Shown piece by piece: positions 26,131 through 36,960 of a stretch of 64,000 nt of DNA. This DNA is from Magallana gigas (lineage: Eukaryota): assembly GCF_963853765.1 (NCBI RefSeq), contig NC_088854.1, positions 43,586,001-43,650,000 on the forward strand. The letters are read 5' to 3'. The stretch's first letter is position 1. Each line of letters opens with the position of its first letter. The position numbers were made by a program, and so were the translations under genes. The notes below the pieces were generated by a model. The model was not told the DNA's origin. It did no database searches and saw only the letters and a program-made list of their open reading frames with translations.

Positions 26131-29100
26131 ATGTCGGCTATTCAGCGAAGGAAAAGACGGCCAAATGGAGGCCATAGGAAAGATACGCCAGATGTAAAAA
26201 TCATGAAATCCATGGACTCGTTTGCTCGATCGATCTCGTCTATAGATTACCAGTTGACTCAAAAATGCAGTATATGTGCTCGTCCAAACTCCCAGCTGGG
26301 TAGTTTAAGACCAGTGATGAAAGTATTAGAGATCTCTTGCCATGGAATCCCTTGGCTATTAGGAACTATCGGATTACTTTTATCTGTTCATAAACCAGAA
26401 CATTTAGTAGTCCTGATGAACTTATTGATAGGTAAGATTTAAAATACTGAATGCATGCATGCTAGTAGTTATTTCCCAAGTTTTTCTTATATTACTCTCT
26501 CTCTCTCTCTCCCTCCCTCTCTCTCTCTCATAAAAATACATTGCATGTAGGCATGCCAAGCCAATTTTAAAATGGTATTATGAGATTAAAATCTTTGTAT
26601 ATTTCAATTCTGTTACCTGCTATTAAGCTTAAAAATTCATTGTTTTTGAAAAATTCCAACATTATATATTTTTAAAATATTTTTGAAGTTTGCACTTTTA
26701 ACATATACAATTGAATTTTTACATATAAAATGTCACCTCCATTTTCATACCTTTAAACCACTGAAATTTTTTTTTTGTTAACACAAAACTCAAGAGAATT
26801 GATAAAAGAACAATGTCCAGTGTGAAATTTTCATTAAACATACAATTTTATTAATTATAATTAACAATGAAATGAAAATTGTTAGTTTATTTTGGTCGAT
26901 CAGCTAGATCTCTGGCCCCCATGCAATGTCTGTAAATAGAATTAAAAAAATATTAATTTATGTGATATTTGCATATCAATAAAATGAATAAATAAACAAG
27001 ATATCTCAGTAATACTATTTACTAATACATAATTACCTGTTTAGAAATGAATCAGAACAGTATACAGAAGTCTTAACTCGGGAACCATGAAATCTCTGCT
27101 AACATGTCTGAAACCAAGCAAAAGTAAATTTTGTAAGATATTTTAAATTTTTAACAAATTGTATGATTAATGGACTGATGAAATGTATTGCTTTAATAAA
27201 TTGAAATGTTTAAGTTTTATTTTCAGTGATGAAGAGTAAATGCAATTCTCATAATTATCATACAGTGTATTATTAATACTAGCACCAATATAGAAATGTG
27301 AAGTCTGAATTGAAAAAAAAAAACAACCCACAACTATAAGAACAAAACAAAGAAGACAAGCCTGCAACTTCTATCAGTTTTCAATAGTACATATGATAAA
27401 TAATTAAAAACAAAATGTTTTTTAGTAAAAAAGAAATAAAATTTTAGTATTCCATGAAGTAGGAAATTCACAACTGTAAAGGTCTTTTCCAAAACTTTCA
27501 ACAACAGAAAAACAACCGAAATGCCATACATTCAACTGATACCTCTGGTATAATCTCTAAATCACCCTTTTTATAATCATCCAAAAGTTTGTAAGTGTAC
27601 ACACACTTTGTAATTCCATCTTCTGCCACATCATTATCATACACAATGTTATAGAAGTTCACAAAACCTGGCACAACACTTATAACCCTTCCTATGTAAT
27701 TGTCTGTTGAAAATCTATGTTTAACCCTTTTCCCAACCAATAATGGAGTCCTAATTCTTTGTGGTTCAGTATCTGGGCCATGATAAGCAGCATCTATAAG
27801 CTTCAGCAAGTTTTCTCTCAATACAGAAATAGGATGCTTTTTACCTTTAGAGCTAAACTTAAAAACCTCTTTGTTTTCATGTTTTTGCTTCAACATCTTT
27901 TGTCTAAATCGAAGTTGAGCCTCAAGTGCTTTCCTTTTCTCATTCTCCTTCTCAATCTCACCAAGTGCTGCATCAACTCTTTCCCTCGACTGCCAAAGCC
28001 CATAATATGCTATTTCATTTGTTTGTTTTTCCCGCTGTGCAAGTAAATTTTGCTCCTTTTTAGCAAGAGCAACCTTTTTTTCTTCTAAAAGCTGTCTTCG
28101 CTTTAAAACAATATCATGGCACCGCTCTTTAAATTGTGCTCTAAGCTCCCTTCCTTCCGAAATACCCTTACTTATCATCTCGTGTTTTTCTTGATCTGGT
28201 AAAGAATCTAACCATTTGGATGTTTTGTTAAATGAAAACATGATGAATGCCTCATTTGTTATGGTTGATGCGTTTGGGCGAAAACTTATAAAGTTGTCTA
28301 ACATTCCAAACACTCTCTCACTCATTTTATTGTGTGGAACAACAGATTTGCTTTGATCTTTGAGTTTATCAGAAGGGTTATTGTATGCTCCTCCAGGTAA
28401 ATGTTCTCTTAAGGCGCCAGAAACAAGTTTATGGAAGCCACAAAACAGCAATTGGGCAAGCTGAATAGCAATATGATCAAATTCATCATTTGGTTTCACT
28501 AGTTCTTCATAAAGTTTGTCTTTAACAATTAAACTCTCTTCAAATGGGTACTCATCTCCATTAACAAATCCTGATGCATCTGTGCTCTGTCTTTCAAGGT
28601 ATACAGTAAGGCTTTCAAAATATGTGTTAAGATCTAAAATATTGAGGTTCTTTTCAATAATTCTCCAAAACGGTGCAGTTATCAATTTTGATATTAATCC
28701 CAACACCTTGCAGGCAGCAAGGAAAACTGGATTCTTAATTAAATGAGCAATTATCTTGTGCAGATTGTTTGTAACTCCATGAACATTGTTTAGAAATGTA
28801 CTGATTGTCTCTCTGTGGTAGTAAACTACCTCAGCAATAAAAAAGATTACATTGAACCTGTTTCCCCGGAATGGAATAAATAATACTTTTTTATCCCTTG
28901 AACTGCAATAAACTTTGAATTCTGCAAATGCACCACATTTCTCATCGCCTCCACAAGAGAAACATTTTGAGCAACATCTCATTAAAGTTAATGTTTTAGC
29001 CTCGCTTTTTGAAAAATAACATTCACTTTCCTGGTCAGTTTCAGGATCTTCAACAACATTAGATTCAGAATTTCCTTGTTCATCTTCAAACTTTTTGAGA

Positions 29101-32100
29101 ATAGGTGATGTGCACTCTGCCATATTTACAAGTAGATGAAGTGCACAAAAGAAGTTATTAACTTTGCTGCACATGAGTTTTTGTTCATTACTGAGTACTT
29201 CCCAGTCCTTTTTAACAATAGACAAAATTTCCGATTTATACTGCTGCAAAAGTTCTGTGAATGATATGTTTACTTTAGCCCTATCAGACATGAAACTTTG
29301 GATGTTGCTTATGATTGTATGACCAACTGATACATCTTCATTGATTATCATTTCCTCACAAGCAGATGATATGTCGTTGAGAATTTCTTTGAAAGTGTCC
29401 AGTGTTGTTGAGGCTGCTTTATTATGCATGTCTCTTAGTCCCAGGCAAAAGACCTCTTTTTCTTCATTGCTTGCAAGGAATGTTTGGTAAGTCTTGCCTT
29501 TCTTTCTCGTTTCATCTCCATACAAACAAAGGTTTTTCTGTTGTCCCAGTTTCACACCAATGTGTTTTTGTCCGATTGCTACCTTTTCACACACAATGTT
29601 GTCTACTGTTTGTCTTGATGGCAATTCATTAGCTACTTTGTTTCCTAACTTTAAAACGCTTTCAATAACTGATGGGATGTTTTTAGTGGCAACATTAAGA
29701 GAGGTCAATTTCATTATACATTCTCTAACCTTGGGGGTGTATGATCCAGAATCTTCATCAAATATTTTCATTTCAACATCATCATCCAATAAATTCAACA
29801 AATAATCTCTTTCCTGTTCCAGTGCTTTTATATCACTTTTCAACTTCAATAATTCTTTTGCAGAGTCATCATTACCCTCTGGTTTTGTCTCGTGAGGAAC
29901 AGATTGTAGTTTTGTAAGCTCAGTCTGCATAGTTTTATATTCAGACAACAATTCCTTACATCTTTCTTTTTCTTTTGTAAGCAAATATGAGCAATCTCTC
30001 TCCAGTTTTTGATACTTTTTAGCCGTTTTTATTTTTAATTCATCTCGTTTTCTTTTTCTCATTAGTAGTAAATTCTCATACCTAAGTTTTCTTGTTTTTG
30101 CTTTCCATTCATCAACCTCTTTTTTTCTTTTTTTTTCTTTTTCTGTTATTTCTTTTAATTTATTTTGCTGTAAATGTTTTGACGCCTCTATTTCTTCTTC
30201 ACAGAGAAGTTCTCTATGCTTAATTTTTTCATTTTGTTCTTTTAATGTGTTGCTCAAAGACATCAATGTTAAATTAACTGCTTCAGACTCGAATTGTGCC
30301 ATAATTGGCTTTTTAACACCTCGTGTTACTGTCCCTACAGGAATTTCAAAATTTAAAGCTTCAAAATCGGTTCTGTATTTCCCCTTTTTTTTCTTTAAGT
30401 TTTCATTTGTGCGTCTTAATTTCCTTACTAAAGCATCTGCATTAATAATTTCATTTTCTCCTATATAGTCTTTAAAAATTTGGTCAATTTTACATAGAGG
30501 AACATTGTCATTTTTCATTTTTTCAAACATGTTTACGGCATCTTTATTGGTTATGAGTGGAATTTTTTTTGGGGGGGGGGGGGGGGGTTATTTAACAGAT
30601 ATCATTACAGTCATCCAGAATTGTCATTTTTCCTCCTCGATTTTCAATTAAAGCCCTATTTATTTCAAAAATGCTGCTTGGGATATCTAATAGTCCAATG
30701 AGTTTCTTTTCACGTTTGAAAAAAATTTCGTCCGTGATATCTTCTATCAAAGTTTCAATGAACTCTGTTTCCTGATACAGGTAGTCTTCTACCTTTATTT
30801 CAAAAATATCTCTAGCTTTTAGATAGTTGTTATCATCATAAATCTCTTTAACAAATTTGTCAAAAATGCTCAGTAATTTTCTGGCATTATCTGAACATGT
30901 TTTGCTGGCTAAACGGCCATCCAAAATTTTCCTGACAAAGGAAAGTTTAGGAACACAAAACCCCGCTCTTTGCCTTTCAAGTACCTCACAAAGATGAGAA
31001 CTCTTTGACATACTCTTGATCTGTTGAAAGTAGTAAATGAATGCCATTACAATATGTAAATCGCCTACCATAATCAATTCAATATACATTTCGAATTTCC
31101 TCTGTTGACATATCGAAATTAACGTTAAAATCTTATTATCTGATCGAAGATAATCCGTAATAAGAACAATTTCAATAATATGGTTTCAAAATAACTTTAA
31201 ATACAAGCATAAACTACGCTATATATCTTTGAAAATGAAATAAAAGGTGAAAATCAGTGTGAAATATGGGAGCCGCCATTTTTGAACGGAAACGAGGCTA
31301 TCAACACACCACATATTATTTCGACAAAATATACATATTGTCGTGCATTCTTTCATCATTTCTTATAATAATTAACAACATAAAGTATGATATATTTTAC
31401 CTATCATAGTTAAAAGGTTGCCTTTGCATTTAAAAAGACAAAACACACTTACCGCTCTCTTTCAGCTTATTTTTCTTTGATAAAAACACGTGTTTCTCCA
31501 GAAGTAGAGAGAAAGGCATGCGCTTGGATCATTTCGTAAACTGGTTCCTTTAACATTCGGAATATATCGTACGTTTTCTTCGAGTTGTAAGCCGTAAAAG
31601 ACAACAACCCTCATGCCTAAAATACGCATGACGTCAGAGACATATAAAAAATAGAGAAGATCGAGTTACGGCCCTTTGCTTTGGCATGCCTATTGCATGT
31701 AAAGTATTTTTTATGTTCAGAAAGCTCAGAATGACATGTTTATACTTAGCTGCAGAACTGTAGCTCTCCGTGGGAAAAAAATATTGACAGACCGGAGAGC
31801 TACAGGGCCACCCATTGAAAAAATTGTATATTTATTGCGCAGAAAAACGTGCGCTAGTTTTCGACCAATTTACCTTATTTATACACAAATTCTGAAAACA
31901 ATTAGTACCACATTTTCGCTAGCCAAGGGTTTTCGGTCCACTTTGCTCCCCATAAACCCTTGGCGGATTTCATTGCGAAAACTTGGTGACGAGCTCCGTT
32001 TTATGATTGGCTGCAGCTGCGAGTAGCTGATCCAATCGCAGTGCTTGTAAATATAAACTTTAAAAGAAAACACATGTGTGATCTTTGGTAAATCATTCGG

Positions 32101-33768
32101 TGATTGAGACACAAGTTCTCGAGTATAGTGCCTCACCAACGATGGTCTAACCAGATCGCTTAAAAAACCTATATATTTTACTTGGATTGAACATAGTTCT
32201 ACAAACTTGTCAAGGCTCGCGTGATAGCATGGGAAGTAAACATGGCGAATGTAGAAGCTGCCCATCCCGTTAGTATATACGTTCCTGCTTATGGTTATTG
32301 CTTTTTAAAGTTTAATGAGATTTCTTTTATTTAATTTCTTTGGTTCACAATATTTACGACAACGATACCTGGTTTTATGACATGAAAGCTTTGATATAAA
32401 TCGCGACTTTTTCACTCCTGGTACAGGTCCTTACAAAACACTATGAATAAAACATTCCATGCTTTCCCTAGTTTTTAACTTAATTTGTATTTAATAGCAT
32501 TGTTAATTATGTTCCGATATTCGGTAGTCAACATGTTTTCAAGTTGTAATAATGCCGTAGTGTGTATATAACCCAATGTTTATATCGATTAAAATGTAAA
32601 TATGCAAGGGGTGCAACTCAAGTTGCTCGCTAGATAGCGCCACCACATCACTGAGTTTTCGCAATGAAATCCGCCAAGGGTTTTTGGGGAGCAAAGTGGA
32701 CCGAAAACCCTTGGCTAGCGAAGATGTTAGTACCATTAAATTCTTCATGCAATTTACTACTGATATCGTCTCTTCACTTGCCTCTGATAGTCTTTTAAAC
32801 ACCATCACCAGTCCTGTAAATTCATGTGGTGCACATTGTTTACATGTAAAAGTGGCGACTGTCGATCTCAATGTAAATTCAACATACTTGATTTTCCGAG
32901 GTCGGTACCGTGTTTCGGAGAAAGTCTAAGGCAAATAAAGAGGCGATATCAGTAGTACATTGCATGAAGAATTAAATGGTACTAATAGTTTTCACAGAAT
33001 TTGCGTATAAATAAGGTAAATTAGTTGAAAACTAGCGCACATTTTTCTGTAGCTCTCAGGTCTGTCAATATTTTTTTTCCCCGGAGAGCTACAGTTCTGC
33101 AGCTAGTTTATACTATACTGTCCCAAGCCCAAGGTAGCCTTCATTTACCTAGTTCACATTTTGCTTAATTACTTGATATTTATGAATATCTCCGGGTTCA
33201 AACGATGTTCATTCAAAAATATAAAAAAAAAACATATGAAACATATCAGGTTTCAATTTTTTTAACATTAAAGTTTCCCAGACTTATAGTAACCCATTAT
33301 AATTTCAATTTGCATGGGTGTTGTAAATATTATGACTTGGAAATATATTCAAGAAATCTTATCATGTATTTTCATTTTGTATTAGGCCTGATTGGAGATC
33401 TCATCATCATTGCTGTTCTCAAGATGCTAGTTCAGCGCGAAAGACCACCGCTCAACAAATCAGACATGTTTGCCACAGTGTCTGTCGACAACTACTCTTT
33501 CCCCTCAGGCCACTGTTCCAGGGCCATTATGCTTGCTTACTTCTTTTCAGAAAGGGTGAATTTTGAGGCACCAATACTTGGGCTTATTGTTTTGTGGGCA
33601 CTTTTGGTTTCATTATCTAGACTTCTTCTCGGAAGACATTATTTAAGTGATGTTTTGTTTGGAATGATTCTTGGAGCTTTAGAGTTCAAGCTTTTGTCAT
33701 ATTATTGGCTATCGAAAGAGAACTGTATGTTTGTTTTAGAACCATTTTTTGCACATTTTCACTTGTAG
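26131..33768 (+). CDS. PLPP6: Polyisoprenoid diphosphate/phospholipid phosphatase 6/7 family (PAP2 superfamily)
   Basis: Exons 26131-26431 and 33386-33768 join in phase: LEISCHGIPWL...LLIG|LIGDLII, C1 KMLVQRERP, C2 YSFPSGH, C3 SRLLLGRHYLSDV. Likely co-orthologue of PLPP6 and PLPP7. Confidence 0.9.
26495..26529. repeat. (CT)n microsatellite
   Basis: Imperfect CT run just inside the PLPP intron, next to the transposon end. Confidence 0.9.
27498..30530 (-). CDS. DDE transposase with N-terminal coiled coil and C-terminal Spin/Ssty(Tudor)-like domain
   Basis: Uninterrupted 1010-aa ORF. Motifs LYGDET (D ~29515), FMSDRAKVN (D ~29284), FFCALHLLVN (CxxH), RGNRF (equivalent to the hAT TRW) and HNKMSERVFG (E ~28318) follow the hAT/P/MULE-type layout. 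C-terminus LVGKRVKHRF...YTYKLLDDYKKGDLEII. Confidence 0.85.
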   Translation of the reverse strand: MFEKMKNDNVPLCKIDQIFKDYIGENEIINADALVRKLRRTNENLKKKKGKYRTDFEALNFEIPVGTVTRGVKKPIMAQFESEAVNLTLMSLSNTLKEQNEKIKHRELLCEEEIEASKHLQQNKLKEITEKEKKRKKEVDEWKAKTRKLRYENLLLMRKRKRDELKIKTAKKYQKLERDCSYLLTKEKERCKELLSEYKTMQTELTKLQSVPHETKPEGNDDSAKELLKLKSDIKALEQERDYLLNLLDDDVEMKIFDEDSGSYTPKVRECIMKLTSLNVATKNIPSVIESVLKLGNKVANELPSRQTVDNIVCEKVAIGQKHIGVKLGQQKNLCLYGDETRKKGKTYQTFLASNEEKEVFCLGLRDMHNKAASTTLDTFKEILNDISSACEEMIINEDVSVGHTIISNIQSFMSDRAKVNISFTELLQQYKSEILSIVKKDWEVLSNEQKLMCSKVNNFFCALHLLVNMAECTSPILKKFEDEQGNSESNVVEDPETDQESECYFSKSEAKTLTLMRCCSKCFSCGGDEKCGAFAEFKVYCSSRDKKVLFIPFRGNRFNVIFFIAEVVYYHRETISTFLNNVHGVTNNLHKIIAHLIKNPVFLAACKVLGLISKLITAPFWRIIEKNLNILDLNTYFESLTVYLERQSTDASGFVNGDEYPFEESLIVKDKLYEELVKPNDEFDHIAIQLAQLLFCGFHKLVSGALREHLPGGAYNNPSDKLKDQSKSVVPHNKMSERVFGMLDNFISFRPNASTITNEAFIMFSFNKTSKWLDSLPDQEKHEMISKGISEGRELRAQFKERCHDIVLKRRQLLEEKKVALAKKEQNLLAQREKQTNEIAYYGLWQSRERVDAALGEIEKENEKRKALEAQLRFRQKMLKQKHENKEVFKFSSKGKKHPISVLRENLLKLIDAAYHGPDTEPQRIRTPLLVGKRVKHRFSTDNYIGRVISVVPGFVNFYNIVYDNDVAEDGITKCVYTYKLLDDYKKGDLEIIPEVSVECMAFRLFFCC
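30592..31089 (-). CDS. Upstream ORF within the transposon; possibly the first coding exon of the transposase
   Basis: 165-aa ORF inside the TIRs on the same strand. A 55-nt GT-AG segment (30596-30542) containing a poly-C run would fuse it in frame to the 1010-aa ORF. Confidence 0.45.
   Translation of the reverse strand: MYIELIMVGDLHIVMAFIYYFQQIKSMSKSSHLCEVLERQRAGFCVPKLSFVRKILDGRLASKTCSDNARKLLSIFDKFVKEIYDDNNYLKARDIFEIKVEDYLYQETEFIETLIEDITDEIFFKREKKLIGLLDIPSSIFEINRALIENRGGKMTILDDCNDIC
31747..33105. mobile_element. Non-autonomous fold-back DNA transposon with 9-bp TSD (Mutator-like)
   Basis: TIR TAGCTGCAGAACTGTAGCTCTCCG / CGGAGAGCTACAGTTCTGCAGCTA; identical GTTTATACT at 31738-31746 and 33106-33114. 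Long imperfect inverted arms; no transposase ORF. Confidence 0.88.
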
Positions 33769-35994
33769 ATAGTAAAAGACTAACACTTAATGTGAGCTGT
33801 GATTTACATATGCATAGGCATCAATGCACGCATTATAATTTTTTCAGACAAAACTGTGATTTTTTTTTGGTTGAAAACCTTACTTGTATTTATACATTTG
33901 TGATTTTTGACAGTGTTAAAAAAAAGCCCCACACCATTCATATGCATAATCAACCAGTGTTTGTGGTATTTACAATAGTGTACAATGTACAAGGTAGAAC
34001 TTTCACATTTTAATGGCATTGAGTGGACATTCTGTTAACTGCATTTTTTTTATTTCTAATAAAATGTACATTGACAGCTGTTGCATGTGATGAGTCAAAA
34101 CTGCATGTAATGCAGTATGTTTTAACCTGTAGAATCGGAGTGAAAAAGGTTTATAATGTTACGCCTATCATTTTTCTGTTCAAAGTGTTCTTAACAAAAC
34201 TCAACAGCATATGCAGCAAGCCTGTGCAGAGCAAACAGCTTTTAAAGCTTAGATTATTTATAAATCAAGGAAAAATGTGTTTTCAGAATACATGATGATG
34301 AATTACTGGGGAATCTTTCAAATTTATGGTGGCTCAAAATGTTAAACTGGATCCTTTTTGTGAATCTCTAATCCACAGATTGATTTCCTTATTAAGTCTG
34401 CAACAATCTTTATTATCTTGCATAACTTATTAAGTTCCAAATTGTACATCTCCTAAAAATTAGCAATCAAAATTAGAAAAAAAATAACCCTCCTTCTGGA
34501 TGAAATAATTTCACAGAGTGCAATCAATTTATTGCATAGATTTCTGAATTCATTTTCATGGTTTCATCTTGTGTGTATTAGACATAAGACATGGCTAAGT
34601 GTATTACAGAAAGCTATGTTCATCATTTGTTTTAATCATGATTGGCAACTTAACAGTGTACATGATGTTGGAAATAACTTAACAGCAGTTGATGCTATAT
34701 CAAGTTTTGATATTAATGAATGATGTTGTTATTTTTTCCATGTTGTTTTTTAAACCTCTGTACTGTATTTGTCTCTAGTCACCGAGTGTATAAGAACAAG
34801 GCCAGCAATACATGTATGTACAAGTACACCCACCTTTTGTTTTCACCAATAGATAATGTTATGCATACATTTACGTACTTCAATCAGTTGGCCACCCACC
34901 TTACACAGACTTGATTTATGCTCTGTCATGAAATCCACTGAAGTATTTATATTATATGTACAATGTAACCACTGTATCGGGAAATTAACTGTTATATCAA
35001 CAAAAGCTTTCAATACTTTTATTATTTTTTCAGCATATTCTGTAGATTTAGATTTTGCATTGAAGAGCACTGTTGGTCTGTGTTCTTATTCAATTTGATG
35101 TACAAGTACATGTTGAAGCTCCAGAACAAAAGTGCACATGTATTTCTAGATTAGAAGATGTTTGCCTGATAAAGCAGCATTTGGACACTGTCATTCTCAT
35201 CAATAAGCATTTACTCTAGTTGGTCACAATTTGTTAAATATCGGTACCTTTAACAACTAACTTGAGAATTTCATGGTTTTCATTTGAGATTATTAAAGCA
35301 GATTCAAGATACTATAACCTCACTTGATCAGAGAAATGTTTGTTTTTTCTTTAAAGATTGTGTATAGGATTTATTATGAAAAAAACATACATTGTCATCA
35401 AGGTATCATAACTATTCAGATGCTTGTGCCTATATAATCAAGATGAGTTTATTACTGTTAAATTGTGTGAACTGAAACTGCATATAAAGTTGCATTAGTA
35501 CCTTTCTAATGTTGTTACTTAATCTTTAAAGTTTCATATTTTTTATGTACTAAACTCAGGAAACTATCCTTATTACATGGCTAATGTGCATGTCATTACA
35601 TCTTTTTAAATGTATATTCATAGTCCAAAAGCAAATATGATCATCTAATTTGTGATATATGTAACCAAACTGTTTGAATTGTAGATGACAATTGACAATG
35701 AAGTGTTCTAAAAACAAATTTTATTTAGTGTTTTCTGTGCAGAATAACAAAGATTATTTTCAATTGACTTAGCAATTAAATGTACCAGTAAATGCCCCCA
35801 TCTGGCCATCTTTGACAAGGGGAGAGAGAAAAAAAAAGGTTTGGGAGAGGATTTTGCTGAAAGGTTCTGCAATGATCGTGAAAGTTGCCCTTTATGCCTT
35901 GAAATTTGTTTCAATGTATCTGCACATCCAAAGACATTTTTTGAGTAAAGCTACATGTGTAATTATGGCAAAAGGTGTAGAAACTATAGCCCAT

Positions 35995-36235
35995 CCATGG
36001 GTCTCCATCAGTCTGCTATGACCTTGACCATAGACCTTCAGAAATGGATCAAGGTTACTAAAACCAATCACTTAAAAGTACTCTATGTGAAGTAAGAATC
36101 CGATTGGGCAAAGTTGAAAGAAAATATCCTAACAAAAATTTACATGAGGTCTATTATGACCTTGACCTTTGACAAAGAAACTTGGTTCAAGGCCACTATA
36201 TTCTTTACCCTTAGGCACTCTAGATGAAACATGCT
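35995..36235. repeat. Fragment of Helitron/HINE-associated satellite-like repeat
   Basis: Two TATGACCTTGACC(A/T)T units about 150 bp apart with similar neighbouring sequence; this motif is typical of bivalve Helentron-linked repeats (recalled). Confidence 0.4.
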
Positions 36236-36960
36236 GGACAAATATGTAAATTGTTCTCCATCTCATTGCAACTTATCCACAATACTTTTATATACATGTA
36301 AACACAAATTCAAGCTGTTGAACTCTGATCTGTACATGGAATTGTAAATATGCAAAGAAATAACACATAAATGACATTGACTATTTCTTTATTTTCACAA
36401 AATACATGATATTAAAGGGGTTTATTTACCTTTGCTCAACATCAATAAAAACGTGGCACATCATATCAATAAATTAAATTCTATATACATCATTTAAAAC
36501 ATGTTGGAATGTTTCTTGGTCCTACATGTATGTAGTTATTGTAGTTGTGTTAATAATTATCTACCAGGTCATATGCAAGTTTTAATCAACATTGCAAAAT
36601 ATGAACATAACACCCTGCACTATTGCAGAAGCTGGATTTCAGAAAAGTACTAGATATTTTATTCTGGAGACCATTTCGTAAAAATCAGAATTGGGGTGGG
36701 GGGAGCATAATTTAAAATAAAACTGACAAAAAGGTGTACAGATCACATGGTAAATCCACTCTCTCTCTCAGAACTGTCAATGCAGACAGTAAGTATATAT
36801 ACATGCACTGGCATGATCAACTTGCATTACCTTTGCATAGGTTTTATAACTTTACACGGTAAAATGTGTCTCTCTAACTCTATATACACTCAAACCTCCT
36901 TAACTCAAACTAGATGAGACAGTTTCAAAATTTGAGATATTCGAGATGTCAAGGGTAAAA

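Larger units (their letters stand above)
26548..31692 (-). mobile_element. Apparently intact autonomous DDE DNA transposon (hAT-like), 5145 bp
   Basis: Perfect 12-bp TIR TAGGCATGCCAA at both ends; identical flanking TTGCATG at 26541-26547 and 31693-31699 (7-bp TSD; or ATTGCATGT, 9 bp, if the termini are read as AGG...CCT). Contains a 1010-aa transposase ORF. Confidence 0.88.

Noticed and set aside
31736-32929. ORFs 31736-32026, 31879-32265, 32539-32871 and 32684-32929 sharing peptides (LAKGFRSTLLP, MGSKVDRKPLASE)
   Set aside because: The shared peptides come from the inverted arms of the non-coding fold-back element, not from paralogous genes.
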